Assembly (NCBI GenBank): GCA_029548865.1
Contig: JAKPMO010000024.1
Span: 99,256-163,255 of the forward strand
Source: Caldisericota bacterium
Lineage (GTDB): Bacteria; Caldisericota; Caldisericia; JAAYUI01
Reading direction: 5' to 3'
DNA length: 64,000 nt
Shown: one piece after another, positions 1-8,733 of the stretch
How the letters are laid out: each line of letters begins with the position of its first letter
Position numbering within the stretch: the first letter of the stretch is position 1
Notes under the pieces: model-generated
What the model was told of the DNA's origin: nothing
Databases searched by the model: none
The model's input: the letters and a program-made list of their open reading frames with translations, nothing else
Made by a program: the position numbers and the translations under genes

Positions 1-419
1 CTCCAGGTACTTACAATTCTGCTTGAATAAAAATCGCTAACAAAATTTACCGGCACAACGCCATGCTTCACAAGCAAACCAAGTTTGTCAATGCTTCTAA
101 TCAACAGTATTATTCTTTTTTGTGTGATCTTGTTCTTATCTTTATCATCAACAATATCCAAGCTTTCATAGTTCTTTATGGTTGATGGTTCATCAAGCTC
201 TTTAAATGAATTGATCAATTCAATAGAATTGTCTTCATTCCAGGCGTTTTCCATCATATCAATTATTTTGGTGTAAGACTCCAGCCTCATGTTTTTTTCT
301 TGATTCGCATTGTTTTCATTTGATTTATCTATTGATTTTCGAATAAAAATCAGCGATATGACTGTTACAAAAAAGGTCAGGAGGGCTATTGCCACTCCAT
401 AAAATGTTAGTATCGACAT
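1..419 (-). CDS. Hypothetical N-terminally membrane-anchored protein, 3' end lies beyond the window start
   Basis: Reverse-strand ATG at 417-419 opens a frame with no stop down to base 1. Product starts MSILTFYGVAIALLTFFVTVISLIF (one TM helix) then a charged soluble region. AT-rich DNA. No recognisable family. Confidence 0.35.
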   Translation of the reverse strand, partial: MSILTFYGVAIALLTFFVTVISLIFIRKSIDKSNENNANQEKNMRLESYTKIIDMMENAWNEDNSIELINSFKELDEPSTIKNYESLDIVDDKDKNKITQKRIILLIRSIDKLGLLVKHGVVPVNFVSDFYSSRIVSTW

Positions 420-471
420 AATTGCATCATTTGCTTGCATTGGATCCTACCTCTTTCTAGATTCAATATTT

Positions 472-696
472 TCAATGTAAGAAATTGCATAAAGGTACAT
501 ACAATAAGAACAAACAAAAAATGAAAAGAACAAAGTAAGTGATATAGAAAAAAAATGAACGACCTGGATTGTTTCCATTGATTTTATCAAAACACCAGAA
601 AGACAAAACCATCCCCCCAATAATTAGCAACGCACCCAACAAACATAAAAAACTTTCGAAGTATATACCTGTGGTGTACATGGAACACCTCCCCAT
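472..696 (-). CDS. Small hydrophobic protein (2 predicted TM helices), hypothetical
   Basis: 74-aa ORF with two long hydrophobic stretches. Low-GC DNA. Could be spurious. Confidence 0.3.
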   Translation of the reverse strand: MGRCSMYTTGIYFESFLCLLGALLIIGGMVLSFWCFDKINGNNPGRSFFFYITYFVLFIFCLFLLYVPLCNFLH

Positions 697-716
697 CTTT
701 TAAAAGCTAGAGGGTA

Positions 717-1283
717 TTATATCCCAGTGTCAACAGTCAGATAAAGCTCTTTGTCGCCAGCCGGATTATCGCGGTAGGCATTTATGACCCAGCCGTAAGA
801 GGCACCCTCAACCACAAAGGCAAGAAAATATTTTTTGGGTTCGGATGTGACAATTGCCGGCTCCAGGCGTTTCAAGCCGGTTATCATTTCAATCTGCCTG
901 TTTATGCTCTCATCATTGCACAATGGATTGTCCCACCCGACAACAGCAATCGATTCCATTGGCGGAAGGGTTTTTTGTGTTATCTCGCCAATTTTTTTTG
1001 CTTCAAGGGTCGCTATAAGAAATCTGCCCTTTGGGGAATAAATCTCAGGAAAAGGACTTTGCTTGTCCGGATTGACAAGGCTGTAGTGGTCTTTTGCAGA
1101 GACAATCTTGGCCTGGAGGCCCGGCAATAGCTGGAAATCGGTTTGCGGGCCAGTATAAACAAAATCTGTCGATCTGGGAGTGTTTATCCTTTCAACATCG
1201 GGAGCAACAGAAGGGAGGCCTTTTGCCCCGCAACCCGCAAGAACAATAAACCCTCCAAGAAACAGCAATAAATACTTTTTCAT
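717..1283 (-). CDS. Lipoprotein, hypothetical
   Basis: N-terminus MKKYLLLFLGGFIVLAGC gives a signal peptide plus lipobox (LAGC). No family recognised. Confidence 0.5.
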   Translation of the reverse strand: MKKYLLLFLGGFIVLAGCGAKGLPSVAPDVERINTPRSTDFVYTGPQTDFQLLPGLQAKIVSAKDHYSLVNPDKQSPFPEIYSPKGRFLIATLEAKKIGEITQKTLPPMESIAVVGWDNPLCNDESINRQIEMITGLKRLEPAIVTSEPKKYFLAFVVEGASYGWVINAYRDNPAGDKELYLTVDTGI

Positions 1284-1828
1284 TCTTTTAGGTCAACAAC
1301 TGCGAGGCGCTGCTCCGGATCAGAAGCTGTAGAGATGATTTCGAGTGTGACACCCTTCATGTTCTGCTGGCAATCCATTAGAAGGAAACATTTTACTGGT
1401 TTTGTTATGTCATCTTTGATCTTTGTCAAAGATTTTACACCAAGGTTTTTTTCAGCGACCTGGATGGCCATTTCGTTTTTGGTTTCGTAATACCTGTTGC
1501 CATCAACATCGACGATCTCATACCTGGTAAACTTTGGCTGGAAAGTTGGCGTTTCACCTGGCTTGATTTCCATTTCCAGGAGGTAGAAAAATCCCTGCTC
1601 TGGCCACAGCGGGGAATCTGTTGTTCCATCTTTTTTGATTGCCCTGATGTCAACAGATTTTGTCAGCTTTGTGACATTGAAGGTGCAGCCTCTGACCTGA
1701 AACTCTTTTCCCATTACTTCGTATACTGAGCCACTGCCATCCTGACCCTGTTTGGATTGGCCACCACATGAAACCGCTGTGAAGGCAATTGCCAGACAAA
1801 CAAGCAATATCAAGGTTTTCTTTTCCAT
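1280..1828 (-). CDS. Lipoprotein, hypothetical
   Basis: N-terminus MEKKTLILLVCLAIAFTAVSCGG gives a signal peptide plus lipobox. 4-nt overlap with the downstream lipoprotein gene suggests co-transcription. Confidence 0.5.
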   Translation of the reverse strand: MEKKTLILLVCLAIAFTAVSCGGQSKQGQDGSGSVYEVMGKEFQVRGCTFNVTKLTKSVDIRAIKKDGTTDSPLWPEQGFFYLLEMEIKPGETPTFQPKFTRYEIVDVDGNRYYETKNEMAIQVAEKNLGVKSLTKIKDDITKPVKCFLLMDCQQNMKGVTLEIISTASDPEQRLAVVDLKE

Positions 1829-2166
1829 AATTCCTCCAGGTTATAATAAATCCTCTCCTCCTTGCCGAACAGGTGGACTATTAAGTCACCGAGATCGACA
1901 AGTATCCATTTTGAAGAAGCCCCGCCCTCAAGATTTCTTGGCATTTTTTGCTTTTTGCCAAACTGCTCCAGCCTGTCAACGATGGCCTGGCTCTGGAGCG
2001 GAGAAATGATTGTTGCGACGATAAAGTAATCGCACATTGGCGTCATTCCTTTGATATCCAGCAATACAATGTTCTCAGCCTTCAGCTCATCGAGAATTTC
2101 TACGACTTTTTTTGCCAATTCAAGGGGTTCCAGCTTTGGCCTCCTTGTAGAGTTTATTTTTTTCAA
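1810..2166 (-). CDS. rsfS: Ribosomal silencing factor RsfS (Iojap family)
   Basis: 118 aa. The LELAKKVVEILDELKAENIVLLDIKG...DYFIVAT region is typical of RsfS/Iojap, and the gene sits downstream of nadD as in many bacteria. Confidence 0.85.
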   Translation of the reverse strand: MKKINSTRRPKLEPLELAKKVVEILDELKAENIVLLDIKGMTPMCDYFIVATIISPLQSQAIVDRLEQFGKKQKMPRNLEGGASSKWILVDLGDLIVHLFGKEERIYYNLEELWKRKP

Positions 2167-2737
2167 TATACATCAAAACCTCGTTCGGAACTAGATATCT
2201 GCAGTCTAAACCTGCTTCTAGCCTTTCCCTGACGAGGGTCGAGGAAATATCAATCCTTGGGAAATCAAGCATGAATACTGTTTTGTCAGTCGCACCGCAC
2301 TCCATCAAAACAGATCTGGCCTCTTCAAAGCTTGCCCCAAATCTTGGGGCAACAATAAAATTGGTAAGTCTGGCAATCTTTTCTGGCTCCCGCCAGTTTT
2401 TAAAAGTGGCCATCAAATCTGAACCAGCAATGAAAAAGAACTCATTTTCAGGATCCCCTGATTTCAAGGCCGACAGGGTCTCTACTGTATAAATGGTCTC
2501 TGGGCCAATCTCTCTATCGCTTACCTTAAAAGATGGGTTGTCTTCACAGGCGATGCGGGCCATATTTAATCTATGGGAACCATCTATCTGTGGCCTGTTT
2601 TTGTTTGGAGAAAAAGTGGAACCAGGGACAATGACAATCTCATCAAGCTGGTATTGCTCCCTGGCAAAAACGCCAAGCAAGAGGTGCGCGTTGTGGGGTG
2701 GATTGAAGGTTCCACCCAATATCCCAATCCTACTCAA
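2120..2737 (-). CDS. nadD: Nicotinate-nucleotide adenylyltransferase
   Basis: N-terminal GILGGTFNPPHNAHL is the (H/T)xGH nucleotidyltransferase motif. Length 205 aa. Classic obg-nadD-rsfS arrangement. Confidence 0.9.
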   Translation of the reverse strand: MSRIGILGGTFNPPHNAHLLLGVFAREQYQLDEIVIVPGSTFSPNKNRPQIDGSHRLNMARIACEDNPSFKVSDREIGPETIYTVETLSALKSGDPENEFFFIAGSDLMATFKNWREPEKIARLTNFIVAPRFGASFEEARSVLMECGATDKTVFMLDFPRIDISSTLVRERLEAGLDCRYLVPNEVLMYIEKNKLYKEAKAGTP

Positions 2738-3983
2738 AAGTGAAGCGCTTTCCGGCGATGGTCACCTTGTCGCCTTCTTTTATGCCCATCTGCTTCAATT
2801 TTTTCTCAATGCCAAAGCGATTCATTTGTTTATAAACAAATGCTAGACCATCGAGGCTTTCAAGGTCGGTTTTTGCGACAATTCTCTCCAGGTATGAATT
2901 TTTGACCAGGAATTCCCCACCATCACTGCGCTCGATTTTTGTATCGGTCTGCACTTTCGAAACAATTATCACTTCTTCAGATTTTTTGGCCTGTGGTAGA
3001 GGAACGTCTTTGACTTTCTGCCAGAGTGTATCAATCAGATTTTCTGTGCCAATCCTCTCTTTTGCAGAGATTTTCAGGTATGGAATGTTTCTCTTTGAAA
3101 TAAAATCTTCCAGGGGATCTGGTTTTCCTTCCATAAGATCGATCTTGTTTCCAACAACAAAAGCTGGTTTTAAAAAAGTCTCTTCTGAATAAAGTTTGAC
3201 TTCTCTCCAGAGCATCTCCAGTGTTGCACATGGATCATCCGAGGCCAGGTCGATAAGATAAAGCAAAACTCTGCATCTTTCAACATGACGCAAAAATTCA
3301 AAACCAAGCCCCTTGCCCTGCGATGCACCCTCAATGAGACCTGGAATATCGGCGACAGTAAATCTGTTCCAGTCTTTGGTTGTTATGACCCCAAGCGACG
3401 GTTCAAGAGTAGTGAAAGGATAGTCGCCAACTTTTGGCGAAGCTCTTGAAATCGCACCAAGCAATGTTGATTTGCCGGCATTGGGCATTCCGACAAGTCC
3501 TACGTCGGCAAGTATTTTCAGCTCGATGATGAGCTTGGCTTTTTCGCCTCTCTCGCCGGCCGTGGCAATGTGCGGCGCTTGTCTCCTTGCATTGGCAAAA
3601 TTGGCGTTTCCAAGACCACCTCTTCCGCCTTTTGCAACAAGAAACTCCTGCTTGTCTTCCAGAAGCTCTGCGATCAGGTTGTCTTTGTCTTCCAGATAAA
3701 TGGCAACACCGACTGGAACTTTAATGTAAATATCATCACCAGCAGCACCGGTGCAATTTTCCGAAGAACCATTTACGCCATCTTCAGCTTTCCAGTTTAC
3801 ATGGTCGACAAGATAGGAAAGGTCCCTGAGGTTTGAATCTGCAACAAGATATACGTCACCCCCATGACCGCCCTTCCCTCCGGAAGGGCCGCCTCTGGGG
3901 ACAAATTTCTCTCGTCTGAAAGTAACGACACCATCGCCACCTTTTCCAGCAGCGACCTTAATCGTCACTTCATCTACAAACAT
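2730..3983 (-). CDS. obg: GTPase Obg/CgtA
   Basis: Glycine-rich Obg fold at N-terminus (AGKGGDGVVTFRREKFVPRGGPSGGKGGHGGDVY), G-domain GMPNAGKST, and a C-terminal OCT/TGS-like extension. Lies directly downstream of rpmA. Confidence 0.95.
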   Translation of the reverse strand: MFVDEVTIKVAAGKGGDGVVTFRREKFVPRGGPSGGKGGHGGDVYLVADSNLRDLSYLVDHVNWKAEDGVNGSSENCTGAAGDDIYIKVPVGVAIYLEDKDNLIAELLEDKQEFLVAKGGRGGLGNANFANARRQAPHIATAGERGEKAKLIIELKILADVGLVGMPNAGKSTLLGAISRASPKVGDYPFTTLEPSLGVITTKDWNRFTVADIPGLIEGASQGKGLGFEFLRHVERCRVLLYLIDLASDDPCATLEMLWREVKLYSEETFLKPAFVVGNKIDLMEGKPDPLEDFISKRNIPYLKISAKERIGTENLIDTLWQKVKDVPLPQAKKSEEVIIVSKVQTDTKIERSDGGEFLVKNSYLERIVAKTDLESLDGLAFVYKQMNRFGIEKKLKQMGIKEGDKVTIAGKRFTFE

Positions 3984-4243
3984 CAGTTGGCTTTTGGAAG
4001 AACCACCACACGCTTGCCGGTTTTTCCGACTCTCTGGAACTTGACTACTCCTTGTGTGATTGCAAAGATTGTGTAGTCTCTTCCAATGTCGGTGCCTTCA
4101 CCTGGGTGAAAATGGGTCCCGCACTGCCTGATGATTACTCCACCTGGTAAAACTTCCTGCCCGTCGGCGACTTTTACGCCCCTGTATTTCGGGTTGGAAT
4201 CCCTTCCGTTATGACCGGATCCACCTGCTTTTTTATGTGCCAT
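3983..4243 (-). CDS. rpmA: 50S ribosomal protein L27
   Basis: MAHKKAGGSGHNGRDSNPKYRGVK is a canonical L27 N-terminus. 86 aa. Confidence 0.95.
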   Translation of the reverse strand: MAHKKAGGSGHNGRDSNPKYRGVKVADGQEVLPGGVIIRQCGTHFHPGEGTDIGRDYTIFAITQGVVKFQRVGKTGKRVVVLPKAN

Positions 4244-4252
4244 GATATCCTC

Positions 4253-5407
4253 CTATACAAAAACTTTTTCAACAAAAGGCGAAGTTACAAGCGACAAAAG
4301 TGCACCGTAACCAGGCCTGAACCTGAGTATGTCTCCAACACTCAGACCTGTTGCATCTTCAACATCACATACGACATGGTCCGAAGAACCACCAAGAACA
4401 ATGACGCCCTCGTCAAGCGGCGCGAGGAGCTCCGGGATGCAATCTCCTCTTCCAATATTGATGATGGCGCGTTTTCTTGTTCCTCTATCCTCAAAAACCG
4501 GGTGTGAGCCGTACGCATCCTGCGAGACAATCCCTGTGGGTTTCGATGGTTTGGATTTGAGTTCAATTATCTCGCATGAAAGTTCTACAGTATCAACATC
4601 AAAACCGGGTAGCGGTGTCCTGTCAAGGACATTCATACCCAAAATAATCCCCTCGCCAATCCTGAAATCATTTATAGCCCTGGGGAGCTTGCCAGCCATT
4701 AGCATCGGAACGAAATTTGTTGCTGCAGGAGCAAGATACTTTATCTCCACCTTGTACTCGGAAGATATTTTTGAAGCGAGCTCAATGAACCTTGAGACGG
4801 TGTTTTGATCTGGGACAACACCTGCAAAGCACGTCAATACCGCTCCCAATCCTTCAAGTTCAATCCCAGGCGTCCTTAGCACTTCAAAAACATAAGGAGA
4901 AAGCTCTTCTTCTGTAACACCTTCGCGCAAATCGCCAAGCTCAACCATCAAAATGATCTTTTGGGTCCTGCCAATGGATGATGCAACTTCACCAAGGATT
5001 TTTATCGTTTCAAGGTCACTCTGGAGACTGACACAATCAATCTGTACAAGCTCTTTAAGTCTGCTCATCGAAGGCGGACGAATAAGAAGAAGTGGGGTCC
5101 TGGGGAAAGTTTGTCTAAGCTTCCTGAGACTCTCGATCCTGGAATCAGCCAAACCATCACACCCCCCCTGGAGCATTGATTTTGCAACAGCAACGTCACC
5201 CAAAACGACTTTGGTAACGCCCCAAAGCCTGGCCCCGTGCTCATGAACAAGGGTCGCCATCTTTTTGGCATTCTGCTCAATCTTTTTAGTGTTTATAGTT
5301 AAAAATGGAGTGTTTGGCATATTCCGAATTTTCAATAATACAATATAGTTCAATCCAGTCAATAAAGTCTCGTTCATAGCTGATTTATCCTTGACAATCA
5401 GAAACAC
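4253..5407 (-). CDS. PLP-dependent alanine-racemase-fold protein (COG3457-like putative amino-acid/ornithine racemase); true start probably ~5320
   Basis: TIM-barrel racemase N-domain signature (KIEQNAKKM...GARLWGVTKVVLGD...GCDGLADSRIESL) and length ~355-380 aa. Sits immediately upstream of rpmA, where rplU normally is. Confidence 0.6.
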   Translation of the reverse strand: MFLIVKDKSAMNETLLTGLNYIVLLKIRNMPNTPFLTINTKKIEQNAKKMATLVHEHGARLWGVTKVVLGDVAVAKSMLQGGCDGLADSRIESLRKLRQTFPRTPLLLIRPPSMSRLKELVQIDCVSLQSDLETIKILGEVASSIGRTQKIILMVELGDLREGVTEEELSPYVFEVLRTPGIELEGLGAVLTCFAGVVPDQNTVSRFIELASKISSEYKVEIKYLAPAATNFVPMLMAGKLPRAINDFRIGEGIILGMNVLDRTPLPGFDVDTVELSCEIIELKSKPSKPTGIVSQDAYGSHPVFEDRGTRKRAIINIGRGDCIPELLAPLDEGVIVLGGSSDHVVCDVEDATGLSVGDILRFRPGYGALLSLVTSPFVEKVFV

Positions 5408-5548
5408 CTTCCACTAATATAGTTAGGTTGTGTAACCATATTTATCTGACCTGGCAAGGTTTTATCGATGGTTGGAAAATATTGGAAATCGAAATAAAGG
5501 GCTTATTAAGCCCCTTAGGTCTAATGGCTAAATATGCTAATGAGGTGA

Positions 5549-6904
5549 GTGATGAAAAGTAACGACTATGTAAAGCTAGTTTTGATTTTGTTGATTGTAG
5601 CTTTCTCGGCGTTGATCGCATTTTTCCCGACAGCCTTCACAAAAGAAGCTACGATCGTTGACAGCAAGGGAACCCCCAAGACAATAACCGGCCCCGCCTT
5701 CCCTTACAGGCTCGGCCTGGATCTCAAGGGTGGAATCCATGTTGTGCTTGACGCTATTGATACGCCAGAACAACCAGTCACGGATGAGAAGATTGATCGT
5801 ACAATTGCTGTTCTCGAAAGCCGTATCAACAAACTTGGTCTTTCAGAAACAACTGTCCAGCGTCAAGGCAAACTTAACCGTATAGCGATCGACCTGCCAG
5901 GCTACCAGAACAAGGACGAGGCAATGGCAATCCTTGGCAAAACCGCTCTTCTCCAGTTCAAGGATGCTGATGGAAAGCTTATAATGACGGGTGATAAGGT
6001 CAAGGATGCACAGGCAGTTTACGGACAGGCTGGTAATAGTATAGGTCAGGAATGGCACATCGTTATGACCATGACCCCAGAAGGACAGCAAGCATTTACA
6101 AAAGCAACGGAAGAGGTAGTTGCAAGAACTGATGAAAAATCTCGTTATATTGCAATTTATCTCGACGATGAGCTCCTTATGAAACCAAACGTTAAAGAGA
6201 AGATTGATCTAGATACTGTCTCAATTACCTCAGGTGGTGGTGACCCAACAGAAAAACAGGCCTGGTCACAGCAGTACGCACTCCTTATCGCTGGTGGCGC
6301 ACTTCCGCTCAAATTGAGCTCGGATCCGGCAGAACTTCGCGTTGTTGGTGCTTCACTTGGTCAAGACACGGTGAACAATGTCATCATTGGGGCAATACTC
6401 GCAATGATCCTCGTTGGACTCTACATGCTTCTCTACTACAAAGGAATGGGTCTTGTTTCAATTCTTGCCCTTGGAATATACGTAGTAATTTACCTCACCA
6501 TCCTTCTGCTCGTTGGTCAAGTTTTCTCTCTGCCAGCAATCGGTGGTGCAATTATTTCCATTGGTATGGCTGTTGACTCCAACGTCATCATCTTTGAACG
6601 TGTCAGAGATGAAATCAATAAGGGCAAATTGCCAACCTCTTCAGTATCACAGGGATTTGGCAAGGCCCTCGGTACTGTTCTTGACTCCAACATCACAACT
6701 CTCATCGGTGCTGGCGTTCTTTACTGGCTTGGAACCGGCCCAGTCAAAGGTTTTGCAGTAACACTTGCACTTGGAATCTTCGCCTCATTCTTCACAGCAG
6801 TGTTCGTGACAAGATTTATCATGGACATGATAATAAGGTTCTGGAAACCAGAGCCAGGCTCGCCAATGTTTAGGTTCTTCTATGGCAATGGAGGTGCTGC
6901 ATGA
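5549..6904 (+). CDS. secD: Protein translocase subunit SecD
   Basis: N-terminal TM helix, LGLDLKGGIHVVL (SecD GLDLKGG motif), C-terminal 6-TM block. RBS GAGGTGAG upstream. 4-nt overlap with secF. Confidence 0.9.
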   Translation: MMKSNDYVKLVLILLIVAFSALIAFFPTAFTKEATIVDSKGTPKTITGPAFPYRLGLDLKGGIHVVLDAIDTPEQPVTDEKIDRTIAVLESRINKLGLSETTVQRQGKLNRIAIDLPGYQNKDEAMAILGKTALLQFKDADGKLIMTGDKVKDAQAVYGQAGNSIGQEWHIVMTMTPEGQQAFTKATEEVVARTDEKSRYIAIYLDDELLMKPNVKEKIDLDTVSITSGGGDPTEKQAWSQQYALLIAGGALPLKLSSDPAELRVVGASLGQDTVNNVIIGAILAMILVGLYMLLYYKGMGLVSILALGIYVVIYLTILLLVGQVFSLPAIGGAIISIGMAVDSNVIIFERVRDEINKGKLPTSSVSQGFGKALGTVLDSNITTLIGAGVLYWLGTGPVKGFAVTLALGIFASFFTAVFVTRFIMDMIIRFWKPEPGSPMFRFFYGNGGAA

Positions 6905-8319
6905 AATTTCTCAATCCAATACACTGGGATATTATCGGGAAACTCAAATGGCTTGTTATAACTTTTATAGCAGTCATCGCTTTCGGAATACTGATGATCG
7001 GATTCAGATGGCTCACAACCGGCTCCAGTGCAGATGTTGCCTACTTTATGTTTGAAAAGGCAATCCCTGGCCAGGTGACTGAAATCGCAAAGACAGTCTA
7101 TCAGTTCGAAGAAGTTCAGAAACTTTCAAACTTCTCAATTGAAGTCCCAGCACCAGATGCCAACTACAAAGAGCAGGTCAGGCTAAACATTAGGGCTGAC
7201 AAGCTCACCAATGATGAAGTAAAAAAGATTGGCGAAAAACTTTCTACAGAATATGGAAAACTTGCAAAGGACCCGGCCATTGAAACCATTTCTGTGCCAG
7301 GACAACCATTCAACTGGGGTCTTGATTTCACCGGTGGAACAATCGTTGAGATGAGTTTCAAGAATCCATTTGTCGACAACACCGGCAAAGCACTTCCAGA
7401 TGAAGAAGTAATCAGCAAGGTTAGAACAGCTTTTGCAAAAAATGGCGTCTCGCTCACAGTTGTTCAGGTTGAACGTCTGGCCTCAGAAGCTGAACAGGGC
7501 AAAGATATTGCCAATGCAATCCTCGTCCGTACACAAGAATCATCCACTGACAAACTAAACTCAGTAATAGCAGAACTCACCTCAACATTTGGTGAAGAAG
7601 ACGTAGCAAAGAGAAAGATCGACACAATAGGACCGGTTGTCGGACAGGAACTCAAAAGGTCCGCCATCATAGCACTGGTTATCGCTCTTTCAGTAGTCTT
7701 CATATATATCGCATTCAGATTCCAGGCCAGAATGGGTGTTGCCGCAATCGTGTGTCTGATCCACGACCTTTTGTTTGTTCTTGGCGTCCTCTCCCTGTCA
7801 TGGGTAGAAGTAAATTCAGCGGCGGTGGCAGCCTTGCTCGCAATGATAACGTATGACGTTCAGGACACTGTCGTTATTATGGATCGTGTCAGAGAGAATA
7901 CAAAGCTCTATCTTGGCAAGATACCTTACGACAAGCTCATCAACATGTCTGTGACCCAGACCTACATGAGGTCCTTCAATACACAGTTTGTCACTTTTAT
8001 GTGTGTCGTTGTCCTGCTTTTCTTTGGTGGAAAATCCATCATGGATTTCACCCTCATCTTCCTCTTCGGACAGATCGTTGGAACATACAGCTCAATTTAC
8101 ATTGCTGCCCCGATGCTTGTTGTCTGGAAAAACTTTGAAGACAGAACCAGCACAAAACAGCCTGGAAAAACCTATCAATTATCAACTCCAGAAGGCATTA
8201 AGATAGCAGTAAAGGAAACACAGCCACAGATTAACAAGCCAGTAGTTAAAGATAATCTTGCTGGTAAGCCGCCGGCCAAAAAAGGCCCGCCAAAGAAAAA
8301 ATCCAACAAAAGACGTTAG
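6901..8319 (+). CDS. secF: Protein translocase subunit SecF with ~140-aa N-terminal extension and Lys-rich C-terminal tail
   Basis: GLDFTGGTIVEMSF (SecF motif) followed by the 6-TM SecDF core. 472 aa versus ~300 typical. Tail reads KPPAKKGPPKKKSNKRR. Confidence 0.85.
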   Translation: MKFLNPIHWDIIGKLKWLVITFIAVIAFGILMIGFRWLTTGSSADVAYFMFEKAIPGQVTEIAKTVYQFEEVQKLSNFSIEVPAPDANYKEQVRLNIRADKLTNDEVKKIGEKLSTEYGKLAKDPAIETISVPGQPFNWGLDFTGGTIVEMSFKNPFVDNTGKALPDEEVISKVRTAFAKNGVSLTVVQVERLASEAEQGKDIANAILVRTQESSTDKLNSVIAELTSTFGEEDVAKRKIDTIGPVVGQELKRSAIIALVIALSVVFIYIAFRFQARMGVAAIVCLIHDLLFVLGVLSLSWVEVNSAAVAALLAMITYDVQDTVVIMDRVRENTKLYLGKIPYDKLINMSVTQTYMRSFNTQFVTFMCVVVLLFFGGKSIMDFTLIFLFGQIVGTYSSIYIAAPMLVVWKNFEDRTSTKQPGKTYQLSTPEGIKIAVKETQPQINKPVVKDNLAGKPPAKKGPPKKKSNKRR

Positions 8320-8349
8320 GATTTGAAAATACTATTCAGGGAGGCCTGA

Positions 8350-8733
8350 GTGAAAAAGCTGATCCTTGTTGCTCAAGAAACAGCTGATGCGAGAAAGGGC
8401 GTGTTAAACGCCCTTTCTCCATTATATGCAGAAGGATATTCAATCCTTACATGCATGAGTGGTGAAGAGCTCATCAAGAAGATGTCTCTCGGGCAGGCCT
8501 GTCTGGCCGTAGTCGACCTGACAATGCCTGAACTGAACGGGTTTGAACTCATCAACAAACTCACCTCGGATCCTTCTACGACAAATGTCCCAATAATGGC
8601 ACTCACCCCACCAACACTGGGAGTTTTCAAATATATCACAAGGTGCATGGGCGTTACCTATTTCTTCAACAGGCCCACATCACCAGTCAAAATCCTCGAA
8701 ATGGCAAGGGAATGTATGGGGAGGGCAGAATGA
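8350..8733 (+). CDS. Single-domain response-regulator receiver (CheY-like), atypical N-terminal acidic pocket
   Basis: 127 aa. VVDLTMPELNGFELINKL matches the receiver phospho-Asp and following helix, and the conserved Lys region is present. The N-terminal DD pair is not obvious. Confidence 0.7.
   Translation: MKKLILVAQETADARKGVLNALSPLYAEGYSILTCMSGEELIKKMSLGQACLAVVDLTMPELNGFELINKLTSDPSTTNVPIMALTPPTLGVFKYITRCMGVTYFFNRPTSPVKILEMARECMGRAE

Noticed and set aside
4329-5280. ORFs 4329..4808 (+), 4953..5246 (+), 5065..5280 (-) inside the racemase-like gene
   Set aside because: Embedded in a longer ORF with a recognisable fold signature. Low-complexity Ser/Pro-rich translations typical of wrong-frame reads.
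5408-5548. Small hairpin AAGGGCTTATTAAGCCCCTT upstream of secD, looked at as a possible tRNA/ncRNA
   Set aside because: Too short for a tRNA and lacks cloverleaf features. Likely just a terminator/attenuator-like hairpin of the divergent intergenic region.
8643-8729. ORF-track start at 8643 for the protein downstream of the receiver
   Set aside because: It would overlap the receiver gene by 90 nt in another frame. The ATG at 8730 has a GGGAGGG RBS and an ATGA stop/start overlap, so it is preferred.
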